The translations under genes were made by a program, and so were the position numbers. This document shows, one piece after another, positions 44,061 to 59,500 of a stretch of 64,000 bases of DNA (positions within the stretch are counted from its first letter, which is position 1; each line of letters starts with the position of its first letter). This DNA comes from Chrysomallon squamiferum (Eukaryota; Animalia; Mollusca): NCBI GenBank assembly GCA_012295275.1, contig CM022665.1:25668001-25732000 (forward strand). The letters run 5' to 3'. A model generated the notes under the pieces. That model saw only the letters and a program-made list of their open reading frames with translations. It was not told where the DNA came from and made no database searches.

Positions 44061-47000
44061 ATGCCAAGAATCAACCAAAGGAATCTCTTCCTTATTTATG
44101 CATCGATTTTCTTTCTGGCCTTTATGTTCATGATCTTTAACTTTGGTTTGTATTTAATGTGGTTCTAAGATTAACCTTTAAAGTTTTTCAGTGAGTGCTA
44201 CAGTTACAATTTTCACTTCTGTTGTAGTCAAACATTTAAAAATAAAACTTTTATATATATACTTATCATTGTTATAGCCTAGATCTTTATTATATTATCT
44301 ACTGTTTGAAGATTATTAATGAAAAGAATGAATATGAGTTTTAAAATTTTGCCTTAGTATTAAAGTAATGCCTTCAAAATTTCACAGATCATAAACAGCT
44401 AATGTTATGTACAAAAACTGGAACATAATATGTTATCATGTTAAGTTATTATACAGTTTTATACATTCTGATTGATTGGTATTGGTTATAAGAAACATAA
44501 TATATTGCTATATTTATAACTCCTGCAATGGCTTGTCAGATAAAACTGTAGTTCTTGTAATTTAGATGTTTTAGCTAAACACAGTTAAACTGTTTAATTA
44601 GTGAGAACACACTTTTACAGTTTTGGTTTAACAGCTAACCTTTTTAAAATTGTTATTTGAAACTCAAAGTAAATTAATGAATCTTTTCACATGATAGGCT
44701 GGTGTCCAGGAGAACATGAACAAGGGTTAGAAGTGCTTCTGGAAAAATACAGATCAAGGATGGACCAGAAGGATAAAATGATCAAAGATCTTAAAACTGA
44801 GCTAAATCTGGCAAATTCGAAAGTAACAGAAATGAAACTAAACAACGAAATAAGAGGGAAAAATAATAGAAAATTTGATAGATCAATACCTGTCATATAT
44901 GCTATCACTCCAACATACAGCAGATTGGAACAGAAAGCAGATTTAACAAGATTATCACATACATTTCTGCATGTAACTAATTTTCACTGGATTGTTGTGG
45001 AAGATTCTAATAATAAGACATCACTAGTTTCTAATTTTTTAAAGCGATCTGGTTTGATATACACACATCTGAACATTGCGACACCAGAGAACTACAAACT
45101 TAAAGACACTGATCCTAATTGGTTAAAACCGAGAGGGGTACTGCAGAGAAATGCTGGACTGGCTTGGGTGAGAAAACATCTCAATCCAAAAGTACAGCCA
45201 GGAGTTGTTTACTTTGCTGATGATGACAATACTTATGATTTGCACCTTTTCGAAGAGGTAAACAGAATATATCTGAATATTTAATGATGAAAATTATAAT
45301 TGATGGACTTTGAAACACAAGTTTATTATTCATTATAGCCTCAGGCTTTACTAAATGCTTGAGATTGCATGTAGTATATTTGAATGTAAATAACAAAAAT
45401 TCTTGTCTAATATCGTGAGCAGGCATTAGATTATCTTACTATTTTAACTTGAGATCCTTGATTAATATGGAATATAAAAGATAGTATATCATTTATTGTG
45501 GGGACATTATTGCTATTTAAATAACATTCAAATCATAATCTTATCTGTTAAATGTTCTTTTACCTTGTTTTTTCTTTATTACTAGGTTTAACAGATTCAG
45601 AAATGTCTTTACTGAAATTTGTTACCTTTTTTTGGTTAATATGTTAATATTTTCCATTGTCAGATGCGACATACTGAGAAAGTATCAGTGTGGCCAGTAG
45701 GTTTAAGTGGTTACTTGAGATATGAGAGTCCTGTTGTTGTCAAGGGAAAGGTTTGTCTAGTTTAATGATTCGTTTTAGCTGTTACAAAAAAAGTTTATGA
45801 TTGACTGGTCACATTAATATAAAGTTTTTTTTGAAAGAACCTAATTCTTTAATTCCTTCTGTGAAAATAAACATTAATGTACTTATGTTTAAATTTAAAG
45901 TGTGTTGCTTATTGTTAATCCTAGATTCTACCTAGATCAGTAGACTGGTACATGTATTTTTACAGGTTTTGAATTTGAATTTTGTTTACAGCATGGCAAG
46001 TGTTGCCTTGGGTTTAATCACAAAGGCAAGTTCAATTTTTTTCATGTTTTCATGGAAGTCATTGAGGTTGGCATAGCTCATAGTTATATTATGGCTAATA
46101 ACTACAATTATTTGAATCACACATACCTAAAAAAAAAAGAAAAAAAAAAGTTATTCACATTTGGCAGCCAACAAGCTAAGCTCCTCCAGTTTACATTTTT
46201 TAATTCGATCTTGCCAAGAAAAGCCAAGAAATGATATGTTTTTAAAGTTTTTATTCGATGTGGGATTTATAGGAAGGGCACAAACCCGACAGACAGACAC
46301 ACTTGCCATCAGAGCAACAGTACAATTCAAAGCTTGTTTTTATATAAACTGCTACGCAGATGACAGAATTAGATTGTGTATTAAAATCAGAGACAACAAC
46401 TGACAATAGTAATTTTAAAGAGGATTACATTACTTGTGATTAGAAAACTTCTAATTATTATAAAATTTATATCAGGTATAGATAACCTGGAATAAAAAAT
46501 AAAATAGTTAAATTCTGTTTTGATTATTTCATGCTTCACTGTTGCATTCTGGTCATCCAAAACCATTACACCTCCAAAATAATATCACTGACTATTAATT
46601 TTAATTCTGAAGGTGACTGGTTGGTTTACTTACTGGAAGCCAGATCGACCTTTTGCAATGGATATGGCTGGATTTGCTGTGAATCTCCGTCTATTTTATG
46701 AGCATCCAGATGCTAAATTCAGTTTACGAGTGCAGAGAGGTTATCAGGAGTCTACAATACTTTCAGGCATGAAGATAACACTGAATGATCTAGAACCAAG
46801 AGCAGATAACTGTAAAAAGGTAGATGTATAAATATCAAAGTTTTTAACAGATTGAATCCTTTTCACTAGCACTTACTTATATTACAAGCAGATAATTTTA
46901 AAATATTTCTTTTACTCCGTTATGTATAATATTTTTCTTCCAAAATCTGTATATTATACATGTTCTCACTTGATATGTACTCTACAGCAATTTGTATCAA

Positions 47001-47208
47001 ATTTATGTAAAAATAATAGACACTGTCTATTGTTGCAGTACATTGCAGTAAAAATAAATATATGTAAGAAGGTATCTATATTTACTGATTTATTATATTA
47101 TTTTAGATTTTGGTCTGGCACACTCGCACAGAGAAAACCAAGCTGAAAAATGAAGACAAAATGTTAAAGAAATATGGATATGGTTCTGACTTGAAAATAG
47201 AAGTTTAA
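44061..47208 (+). CDS. B3GAT3: Galactosylgalactosylxylosylprotein 3-beta-glucuronosyltransferase (GT43; GlcAT-I/B3GAT3-like), 346 aa
   Basis: Exons 44061-44145 (type II TM anchor), 44698-45257, 45664-45750, 46613-46819, 47107-47208. Motifs ITPTY, HWIVVED, PRGVLQRN, YFADDDNTY, VSVWPVG, RPFAMDMAGFAVN, VWHTRTEK and C-terminal IEV. Assignment to B3GAT3 rather than B3GAT1/2 is less certain. Confidence 0.92.
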
Positions 47209-50200
47209 TATTATTTTATTTTATATATATTTATATATATTTACATATACTTTCTTTGAATATAGTAATTGCATCAATATTTATTTCTGATTACATGTAA
47301 ATATATTTGTATATCTGCATAAAATTAATACTTATTATATTTCTTTATCTCATATGTTTATATATTTTTTTTTTATAGAATGTTCACATATATATTATGT
47401 GTAACATAATAACATTTTGTTTTTGTCTTTTTATTATTATTATTATTATTATTATTTTTTTTTTGACAGCTTTAAATAAATAGTTAATCAAATAAAGAGT
47501 TTTACCCCGGTTTGAAATAAGCTATAGTTTGTTGCTCTTTTAAAGGATGAGAAAATTAATGAACAGTAAACACTTTATTAATAACGAAAAATTTACCTAA
47601 AAAATTCCTGATGTTAGATGATTTGTATCCATTATTTCATGTTGGTAATATCACAAGATTAATTCTGAATATATCTACTGGATTGATTATTATTGTTAGC
47701 CTGTCTGTTTATTTTCAAAACATTAACGTCACTGTTATTTACAGTGGCTATGTATTTTAATAACCAGTTATTCCCAATCTCTGCTAGATTAAACATTTTA
47801 ATGTGAATATATGCAAAATCATAAGACAGTTCTCTGCTGATGTTTGTTATAAAAAAAAAAAACCCAAAACCCCTGTTTCTGTCACATTTTAAAAAATAAA
47901 TACATTTTCAGCTCAATTTCAAACCTCACTTACTGGTGCTAATTGAATTAAATATATACACATGTATATATGTTAAGAACTGAATGTGAAAGTCATTTTT
48001 ATTATTATGTGCTTTTTTTTTTTTGTTTATGGTTGTTGGCATCTTTTTCTTTGTGTGTATGCATATATATATATATATTAAGAATCTTTTTAATTTAGAT
48101 CATTTTTTAAATTTACATCATTGGTTACAGTATAATGGCATGTGCATTTATGTAAAAATCCATTTTTCAAGAATCTCTGTCTACTCTTTTTATAAAAGAG
48201 ATGACAGTTTTTGACTCTTTAAAACAAAAACAAAAAACACTTATTCATGTTTCCATGACACTTCGTCTTCCACATTATTAGCTACAGGCAGAACATATTT
48301 TTTTTTTTTTTAAATTGTTAAATGTGCAATATGTTTTACAGGAAAATATTGAAAATTAAATAATACAATTCTTGGAAAATTTGTATTTATTTTTATTTAT
48401 TTCAGCTATAAATATTAATTTTGAAATGTTCCATGTTAAAATATCAGTATAAATAAGCAATTTGATACAGTTATTTTCATTCAGTATTAAAATAATAATA
48501 ATAATTATTATTTTTAATATATATATTCATAATAAAATCTTAGGTACATAGGCATACTAAAAAAAGTTGAAAACAGTAATAAAATAATACAACTGTAAAC
48601 TAGTTAATATTTGCTGTTCTGTCAAATTACATGTCATTCTCCAACATTTATGAGAGCAAAGTAACACCTCAGTTTTTCAGAATTCAACAAAATATTGATG
48701 GCAAAACAGCAAGACTTCAAAAACAAAAAAACCCTTGAATAATGCAAGTGTAAAGTTTATTTCCATATTTACATGACTGTTTTATACACTTACAAGTAAT
48801 TTAAAGACAAAACATGGTTATGTTCAACATACTTTTAAAAATTAGTACATTAAAATTTCGTTTTAATAAAAATCTTTCTTCTGCTGAAAGATAATTTAAC
48901 TTTCAAATTAGTAATATTGCACAAAAAATTAAATTTATTTATTAATCTGTATAACAAATCAACTTCAGAATCTTCAACATGAAGAAATTATTATCAATAT
49001 TACCATTTAATAAATTTCATTTTTTTTTTACAGTTATATTTCACATTTGATTTAATATGTACATTAAAACGAATTATAATTTGAAAAAAAAAAATCCCAC
49101 AAAAAAACATTGTAATAATTTATCTGTAGGTAAAAGAAAATCAGAATTGGAAAAATATTTTATCAGTTGGTTTCCAAACAATTTAAATTTATTTAAATTA
49201 GAATGCAGAGTTATTAACAAAACCCCCCCAAATAATTTAGTTTAAAAAATGCATATTAATACAACCATATAAATAATTTTAAATAGTAAAAATAATTCAA
49301 ACTGTTAAATGATAATCATTTATTCACATGACAAATTTTGAATAAACACTTTGAACATACAAGTAATAAAAATCTCTTATTCTGAATCACAAAAGGATGT
49401 TATGTATTTTCCAAAATTGGTTCATTTGGCTAATGAATGAAACAATCTAATCTATTTGATCTGGATTTCAAAACTTTAGCTTTTAATTACAATACTTGTT
49501 GTGGAATGAGAGAAAAGACTAAATGAAAAACAAATTCTACATCTAATAAAATTTGATGGTTTTGAATAAACAAATTTAACAAGTATCATATAACTAAACA
49601 TGTTAAATAATGAACTTAAAAACTTGATAATTTATTTAAAATAATAATTTTAAAAAAAAACATTAAAAAAAGAAGTAATTATCCAAATGTAATAAAATAA
49701 ATCAAAAATTCCTTTTGATGTCTTAAATATACACCGGGAAGAACTTGAAAAATAAAATGTAATGAAATGTATAGCATTTTCATGATCTGTAGAAAAAAAC
49801 AAAAAATAAAAAAATAAAAAATCATTAATTTTATAATTTTAGATGTGTCTGAAAACAATTGATAATTAATCTGGTGGTCTGATTTAATTGTGATTGTCAT
49901 AACATGGTTTTATAAACATTTTATTTCTCAGCTTATGATTATATTGAATAATATGAATATAGAATATGATATTAAAGTTCTTTATGTCAACTGAAAATTT
50001 ACAGTTACGTTTAATAGGCAGAATAACTAGATTTTTTAAATAAAATTATTTTAAGAATAATATTTATTAATTACAATGAATAAATGAAATGTTTTAACAG
50101 TCTAAAGCTGCTTTTATTTTGGTAGATTTTAATTTTACAGTAATAAAACGATTAACATTTCTTTAAGTTAAATTATTATTTTATATATATGTGTGTGTGT

Positions 50201-53051
50201 GTGTGTATGTTTTGTTGTTGTTTTAGGTTCCGTAATCCATCAATGTACATACATAAAATGCATGTATACAATTAGTAACAATATTTATATAAAGTAATAT
50301 ATGTAGATACAAAGGTTTTCACCTCTGGTTTTTTGACTACCCATGTTGTTATTTTAATTTTAATGAAACATATTTCATCAAGAAATCTTTATCTACTCTC
50401 AATGATAGTACATATTTTTTGATAAAAAAAACTCAGATCTGCCCATGAGTTAGACTTTGGTAAAAATAATGCTGTATTCTGGAAGACATTTTAAATATGT
50501 TTACAAGCTGTTTACAATACTTAAAATTTTGGTGCCTCAACCAGAGCTCTAACAAGCCTTTGTTACAAATATATTTTAAAATTAAAATTTAACAACAACA
50601 ACAAAAATTTTAATAAAAAAATATATAAATAAATTAATTTAAAAGATCTATTTACTTGATCAAATTAAGCATGCAGTTAAATTTGAACATCATTTTTAAC
50701 ATCAAATGTATTTAACTCAAGATGGCAGCTAGTTTAATTATTAAAAACAAAAACACAACAAAAACAAACAAAATATATATTTATCAGCAAAGCCTTGCTA
50801 AAAGACTTTTAAAGTCTGTGAAAAGTAAAGTTTTAAATAAAATTATATTAAAGCACAATATTCAGTAGTTATGGACATAGTTATATTTACTATAGTCAAC
50901 ACAAAAAATAAAATTTATTTTGTAAGTAAAGCAATAAGATTAGCAAATTGAATCAAAAGCTGAATATAAAATATAGCTTTGTTTTATGTACAACTTGCAG
51001 TGCATTTCTGCTGGATATAAAATAACACTGAATATCCATTATGTACACAAAAACAAATACCCGTGTTAATCTATGTACAGTGAAAATAAGAACCAGTAAT
51101 CTACATACACACAGTTTGATGCTAAAACCTAGTCTTACACTGTAACCCACCAATTCTATGAAAATTACTATGAGCTGCTTTATTAATAAAACTTTTGGAG
51201 GTACAAATATTGTTAAAACAGCTAAATTAGCCTTCCAAAAAAGAAAAATGAAACTGTGATTCATTCTTTACCTGATTCCTTAAATTAGCATTTATAATTA
51301 TAATTTTTTAGAAAGTTTTTATTTTGTTATAACTGCAAATGTAGAAAAACACACCCAAAAAAAACACACCAAAAAAACAAAACGGAGTGTAAATTGATCT
51401 AGTCTTTAAGGCTCAATCTCTGATTAGCAATAGCAATGTAAATTATGAAATGTCTGTTTTTAAAAAAATCCTAATTCAAATAAATATTTTGAAAAAAGAA
51501 AAATAATAATAAAATGGAATAATATAAAATAACAAACTTTATTAGCAAAAATAGTTTTATTATTATGTATTTTTTCATTATGGTTGACAAATATTTTATT
51601 ATTTTCCCTGCTTTTGTAACTAATCAGTGCTTAAATTTAAAATCTGTATATAAAAATCTTCTAAATACTATGGTTAAAAAATTTAAAAAAAAAGAAAAAG
51701 AAAAATGATATCTGGTAAAATAAGTACAAAAATGTTTAAACCAGCCATTTTTAATGAACAGCAAAGTAAATTTCAAACAAATAAAACAGATTTAAAAAAA
51801 AATATATCTATTTGTCAAACAATCAACATTCTGTATACATTAATTCCACTTTCTTACAGAATAAAATCAAATGAAAATGTTTACAAATAATATAAAAGAG
51901 CATAATGTAAATAATTTGAAAATATATTATTAGCTTTTTAAAAAACAAAATATTTTTTGTTTCCCATCAATCCATAAATGGCCCCAAAGAAATAGAAAAA
52001 AAATATTTTAAAAATAGAAACGGTTTGTGATGTGAAATAATAATTTAGTGAAACTAATACAGTTGTGAAACAGAATGTTAATATTAATTATAAATGTGTT
52101 CATACATACAGGCTAATCAGAAAGTGTACATGCTAATTACAAACCCACGTCAGTAAAGGTACACATGAGAATAACACAACAGTAAGATTTAGCTCAATAT
52201 TTTTGATGACATTAAATTTTAATCTATCACTTTACATCAAGTATATAGTTAACAATTATTCAAATTTAAAGGCTTTTTTAGTTCAATATTTAAAATAAAT
52301 GAAAATGTAATATTTATTATTATTTATTTAAAATCTGCTGACAGCAAGTTGTCATATTTAAAACAATTTTTTTTACTTATTACCTTTCAAGACTACATCA
52401 TACATATAAATAAAGGTACATGTAGCAAAAATATAAATTATCAAGAATATTAATATTATTATTATTATTAATAATACATATATATATATTTATCTTTTTA
52501 ATTTTGAAAACCATGAAATTACATAAACTGTTTAAAAAAAATTAAAACTTTAATAAATGAAAAATGAAACAAAATATTACACTGTCTGGGTTTTCTTTCA
52601 CCTTTTTTTGTTAAGTTATATATATTAACAACACAAAATAATATTTTTCCTCTTATAAACTAATCATATTCCTTTTTACTTAAAAAAATAATACTAATAC
52701 ATCAGCATGCTGTTATTACATATCAGCATTTGAAAAAGAAGACAAAATGTACTTGTTAGCTGCACATTTAGAAATATTGCCATTGCATTAAACTGCTGCA
52801 CTAAACATAATGTAATAATTTTAAAAATAAAACAACTAAAATTAATGTTCAGACTGCAGCATACATTGTTTCCCTTTCTTTTCTTATTTAAATTTATTCA
52901 TTACTAAACAAAAACCAGAAATCCATTGGACCTGGATTATCAAGTTGTAAGTTCTCAGGTTTTTTTTTTGGTTTTTTTTAAATTGCTTTGCTTGGTGTTC
53001 CATCATTTGAAAAAGCTAAGAATAAGTTTCTGCATATTTTCTTACATGTCA

Positions 53052-55882
53052 TCACCTTTTGTTTGATGAAGAATAGGAAGCATTTTTTCTTTCTTCTTCT
53101 GTGGGTTCTGGAATAACAGCTTGGAGAGCAGCAGGGGTCAGCCACTCTTTGGGGATAGCACGCTCAATGAAAGGTATACAAGAACTCATATAGGCAAGTC
53201 TGTTTACCCAATTGGGCAGGGATTTACCACAAATAATCTGGAAAGAGAATTAAAGTACGACCAATAAATATTTACTTTGCTTCACTCTGACTAATACTGA
53301 TAAACTGTTACTGTCAAATATTAGGAATAACTGAACAAAAAAATATTGTCGTCAACTTCTTTAAAAATTCTTTAGTCAATTATTAAAAAGTTATTTAGTC
53401 AATCTTCAATGGAAATAATTTATTATGAATGAATTAATTTAAACATACAATGAAATGATTTTACTTAAAATTAAGGTTGTTTACCTGTGTTAAGGTGGAT
53501 GTAAAATGGTTACAGTTTTTGCTGAGTAGATGATACTGGTCACCTCGAAACTCTTTACCAAGCTGCTCAGATATCTTCCGTATATCATCAGAGGTGAAAT
53601 CTGTAAAACCTAAATGGATGGATTCCCTAAAAAAAAAAAAAAAAAAAAAAAAATGAAAAGGATTGAAAAATACTATCTTAACCATATAAAAAGGCATTCT
53701 ATAATGTACACACGTTAAATATAATGAATTTCAGACATATATAGTAAAACATCTGATATAAATTCTTTCACTTTATAAATACATTTTTTAAAATGCTATT
53801 TTAAATACATTCTTGTGAATGTAATTAGACTATTAAGATAATGAATTCTTCATGAAATTTTAGAAATTATTTTACGAACTTAAATTATGATATCTATTAC
53901 TACATATTTAGTGGTAAAATTAATAAAAAGGAAAATTAGGATTAAATCTTGTATACTTGAATTTGAACTGTTCTCCTAGATCATCTGAATCTCTTGGTGT
54001 AATTTCAAAAACTCCAGAAAATGGAAATGGATGACCACCATATGCATATTCTAAAAGCATAAAATTAAAAAAGAAAAATGAATTAAAATGAAAATTCCAT
54101 AACAACAAAAGAGTGCTTACTGAGAAAATGAGATTCCATACATACATACATAAACACAAACACACAACATACACCTATCTACTTTCAAATGATGTACATA
54201 CATAAAAACACATATAAAACAATACCTATATATAATTAGTTTATAAAAAGTTTAAATACTAATAACTCACTAAAAATGAAAATGAAACAAAAAATGTGCA
54301 TATTAAAAATATATATTAAAAAGATAATTAACCTTAGAAATATACCGGATTTAAGTTTAGCTATCTAAATCTTTATGCTACATTGCAATTTTCTTCTTTT
54401 TCTTCAAAACCCCCCAAAAAAACAAAAACAAATCTCCACATATAATGATATCAGAATTTCAAGTAACAAGGACTTACCAGTTCCATAAACTTCTATACCA
54501 GTGTGAAAAACACCAATTCCTAAAGATGCTGTATATTCATTTATCCAGTACTGAAATATATCAAAAAGTAAACACTGGCATCAACTTTTGTTTTCAGGGT
54601 CAAAAACTGCCCCCAAAATTAATTTTTCATTATTTACAATAATTCCAAAATAAATCTTAATAAAATAACACTTTCCTATATTACTGGCATCAGTTCACAA
54701 TTTGTAAAATACTAATGTGAAGTAGACTTATCTTGCTATTAGTCAATGTAGCCAGGATTACCTAGAAACTGTTATTTTGTATAACACCTATATTATTAAA
54801 ATATATTAAGATAACAAGTTTATTATAATTCAGAACATCTTCTCTTTTTCTAACAACTTGCTTTTGTTGCTTTGTTTCTATAAAATAAAATAAAGTATCT
54901 GATCTCATTGTCATGTTGTTCTTCAATTTTCTGTCTTTTACATGTATCATTTAAAAAAAATACTAATGTAAAAAGTTATTATATTTTGTAAATGAAGCTG
55001 AATTAACAACCAAATAATATACCCACTGAGTTATTTCATGATTCCAACCAAAGACCCAAATATGTTTTAGTCAAAACATGAGTATATTTATTCCTATCTA
55101 TAGCAAGATAGTTTAAAAAGATCCCATATTTTTATGTTACATCACATGTGATCAATTCCACTTAAAAAGCAAAATTTTTCTAATTTAATGTTAATGACAA
55201 CTTCCAAAATAAATTATAATGTTAAATGTGTTTTCTTATCAAAAAAATATAATGATTTAAAAACTGGGTTTTTTATAGGGTCTTCCTAAAAAAGTACTGA
55301 AATGTATGGCACTTTTTTTTTAACATATCTTTGGGTAGGATTTAAACGATTTGAATGATAATCATTAATATAGGAAAACTGAGATGCACTGATAATATTT
55401 AGTCATTGTTTCTTATAAATCTACTTCTTAAAAGCAATTTCCACAGATAAGCACATTGATACAGGTTGAGGATCCCTTATCCATAATGTGGCAGCACTTA
55501 CTGACAATACACTACATAAAATAAAAGTGCTAAATACTTCTAATTCAAAAGAACTAGAGTGAATATGAAATTCTGCCCCTTGATGACACACACACACACA
55601 CAGAATGTCCTGTATATATGGGCCAATGTAGTAAAGAAAGTCAGTAAAATTGGTCATAATCTTTCATAAACAGGATAAACATAAAAAATAAAATAAAATA
55701 AAATAAAAAATGTTCATTCTATATGTACAATATTCTATAATTTACTAATAATAAACCAAACCAAACACCTACTTGTATCTATTTAAAATTGTTATTTTCC
55801 TCAGGAAAAAAGTGAATCTGAATCAGTTTAAATCACAAATCCTTATTTTTTCAAATCAAGGAGAAACATATTATTATTATTA

Positions 55883-55930
<48 letters not shown>

Positions 55931-56008
55931 AAAAAATTGAGTTAAAAATAATATTGTGATCGTACGTACCATATCATACACGTTTACAATAACTGGTTCC
56001 TGTGCCAT
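53052..56008 (-). CDS. DESI2: Deubiquitinase/desumoylating isopeptidase 2 (PPPDE peptidase), 177 aa
   Basis: Exons 56008-55970, 54550-54478, 54050-53957, 53626-53485, 53237-53052. Motifs [48 protein letters not shown] (catalytic His/Cys), WVNRLAY, PKEWLTP. Confidence 0.95.
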
Positions 56009-56592
56009 TCTAACTGTTCTGTAACTTCATCCAACACTAATTTTATGTTTCGTTTGTTATATTTGTCAAGTAGTTGAAATAATGATCCCAAAAAAGGTGT
56101 TTCGTTTCAATAATAGATAGGTTGAAAAAATATTTCATTTGTCCGATGAACTGCAAAATAATAACAAATTTAGTTATATAAAAAAAAAATAGCGAAAGGT
56201 GCGAAACACTTTTAAGATACAGACAATACTAAAAACAGAAATGTTAGCTGAGAGTGACTAATTGGAGATCTGACAGCAATATACATGCTATTGTGGCTAT
56301 TTTAAAAGGAAGTGTGGAAAACGTCATTTCCGTACTTTGTCGCCATAGCATGGTAATACTCTCTTGTTAGCTAATTATAAGTATAAGGAAATTATTGTGA
56401 ATAACAAAATTAAGTGCTTATTAAAAATTTAAAAATATATATAAATTAAATTTGATAATATATATTCTAAATAAGAACTTTTTTTGGATGTTTTAATTTA
56501 ATAATAAATATATATAATAATACATTTGATGTATAATTTAAATGTAGCATCAAGCACCTGCTTGATGACGTTTTACACAACAGCAAGAAATA
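56009..56592. promoter_or_regulatory. Probable bidirectional promoter for DESI2 and BCKDHA
   Basis: Divergent ATGs are 584 bp apart. ETS-like AGGAAGTG (~56307) and TTTCCG, CRE half-sites and CGCCAT, with CpGs retained locally. Confidence 0.65.
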
Positions 56593-59500
56593 ATGTCGCT
56601 GCTCAGACCTCTTTCGTTCCTCTATAGGACATCTTTGCCAAAAAGACGTTACAATATATTACAGTATATCCATAAAACTGAAGTATGTTACATGAAAACA
56701 ATTATGTTTTATTTGAATATATTGTAGTTTTTTGTTTTCAGAAAATGACATGACAAATGCAAAAAATAAATTCCTTTAACAATGTATGTCACTATGTGGA
56801 TAAATTGATCGTTTACAATTTACAACTAGAACCGTTAGAAATAATCCTCAAATACCGTTAAAATGGTTATTAAATTTCATTTCTAGAAACGATATGACAG
56901 AAGTTATGTTGTTTTGAAAGCTGATGATTGGGATTAGTTCCCATCCTTCATTTTAATGGTAAAAACAAATAAAATATATAATAATAATATAGTATGTATA
57001 TTATAATATTACTATATATCATTGTATATATAATTATTACATAAAATAAAAACAAATAAAAAATTATGACCAGCTGTTTAAAACATACAATTCAAAACAG
57101 ACAAGCTTCTTTAGCTGCTGTCAGTAATTTAAAAGCTAAGAGAAAGGGCCAATTACAGCCACAGCAGTACTCTGTTAACTGATTAATGTGAAGTTCTGTA
57201 ATCAAGTTTTTTCCCGTCATTCTCAACAAACTGAAGAAGTATATGAATATTTTTTAAATAATTCAATTCTTCTCCAAGGGGGCAGAAATAGTTTCTAAGA
57301 TTCTTGAGAATCCATTCTTTAGACCCGACTGTATCACATGTATTATAATGTAATGTATGTGTGTGTGTTTGTGTGTGTGTTTCCCTGTGAAGGAACCCTG
57401 CTGCTTTTTGGGGCTGCCCTCATGGTGGAAATGTAGAAAATGCCTGCCATCATTTGCATAAATCTCAATAAAATGTGCCAGTAATTATTGCAATATTTCC
57501 TCAATTGCATATACAATTATTGTCACCTACAGGCATCATTTTATCAAGCAAATGACACTTTTTAGCATTAATAAATAAATAAAAACAGAACTTTATAGCA
57601 CCAAATAACAATACAAACAACACTTTTTAGCACCAGTAAACAAATACAAACATCACTTTTTAGTGCCACCAAATATTTATGAAAGTTTAACTATGAGACC
57701 TTGTCAATTCTGCCCTTTTGAAGACAAAATGTTTCGTTAAGCTGCCAGGGATAACACAACTTATTTCTTTTGTGGTGTTCATAAAAGATACGAGACATGA
57801 CAGGAAGGAGAACATGTTATAATAAAATCAAAATCATTATTTTTATTTGAAACCATTCTATTATATAAACACATTTGGCATTAGTCAACCAAGTTATCAG
57901 AATCAGGTCATCTAAATCAGGGGTTTTCAAACTGTGGTCCGTGGACAGCGAATACTTTTTATGGGCAGTTTGATTTTATATATGTTTTTTAATCGAAATC
58001 TTTTTTCTTATATTTGTAAATGTGAGTGCATGAAATAACAGGTAAATAATTTTGTAACATATCCTAATATATCCTAAATAAATGTAAAAATATATGTTAT
58101 TTTAAGCAAATATTTATTATAAATTTCATAAGCGATTATAAGGGGGTCCCTAAGGTAAAGCCTGAAATATAAAGGGGTCTGCAAGTCAGAAAGTTTGAAA
58201 ACCCCTGATCTAAATGATGACTGTGCACTCATTTTTAACACAAAATGTACAGATCTAAATTCTTAATTGGTTATGTTCCTAAGGGGTAATTCACACAAAT
58301 CATACAACACAACAATAAATATCTTTAAAAATCAATTTAATGTAATTTGAAGGCATAATGGTATATTAAATATCAAGTGTATTTGCCATTCTCATGATTT
58401 TCTCTTCAACATTGACATGTCTTCAAAAACTGTTCTGATATAAAGAAACACAAAGTAGAATTAATTAGTCAAGTAGTACTGCAGGTAATGTGTCAGTGAC
58501 TGACAACTACAAATTTCATGGATTGTTTAGTCCTTTTTCTTCATTAAGTGAAGTATATTACCAGACTGGTTTTTTAAATTTATTTTTTATATATACCCTA
58601 AAATAAGACCAGTGCCACAATGGTCAGAAAATAAGTAAGCTGTTAGTCACGTGCCTAAACAGTGACATGAATGAGTGGACATAGCATTAAAATTAAATTA
58701 AAATTACTGATAGATGACAATTATTAATTGTTTTTAAGCACCATTATCCCATTTGTTATTTCCTGTGTATAGATATATCTGATGTTTAGAATTAATTATA
58801 ATCTGTGGATGCAACTGAAGTTGATCCCAAATTAGTGAATATATATTCACTAATAGTAATTGATTATTTTAGGTTGCCTGTTTATCAAGTCATGTCAGCT
58901 CAGCAAGTTTTGAAGATAAGCCAGAATTTCCAGGGTCAAAATCTCAGTATGTGCACAAACTGGAATTTCTTCATCCTGAAATATTGCAGGGAATCCCTGT
59001 TTACAGAGTAATGAATCGGGAAGGACACATTATTGAGAGCAGCCAAGACCCACAGGTAATATGTTCTTTCATGTTTTTAACTCACTTGCTTTTATTTTAT
59101 TATCATACGTGCTTTTTCCACTGATCCTTCTTTTGTAAATGGGAAAAACAGTTTATCAGTCTGCTGCATGTGCAATGGAGTTATGACAGCAGAAGCTGAG
59201 ATATGAAGGGATAAAATGGTGGTATTCATTTATTTTATTGTAGAATTATTTTATTTGCATAGTTAATGATAGATCACCCACAGGAATAAAATAATACTTG
59301 GAATTATAAAGATTTTAAATGTTTTTTTAAAATGATTTCTTTTTATAGATTATTTGTTTTTATCACAACAGATGTATTTTAAAAATAAATGAGGACTTGT
59401 GGACAATGCATATATTCATCTTGTGGTTGCATACTGAAAATGTCTATATAAATATTCTATTTTGCATATTTCTTTAATTAGTTTTTTCTTTTTTGTTAAT

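Noticed and set aside
47209-53051. 5.8 kb between the convergent B3GAT and DESI2 stop codons, with short ORFs
   Set aside because: Extremely AT-rich with no exon signal; most likely 3'UTRs and intergenic DNA.
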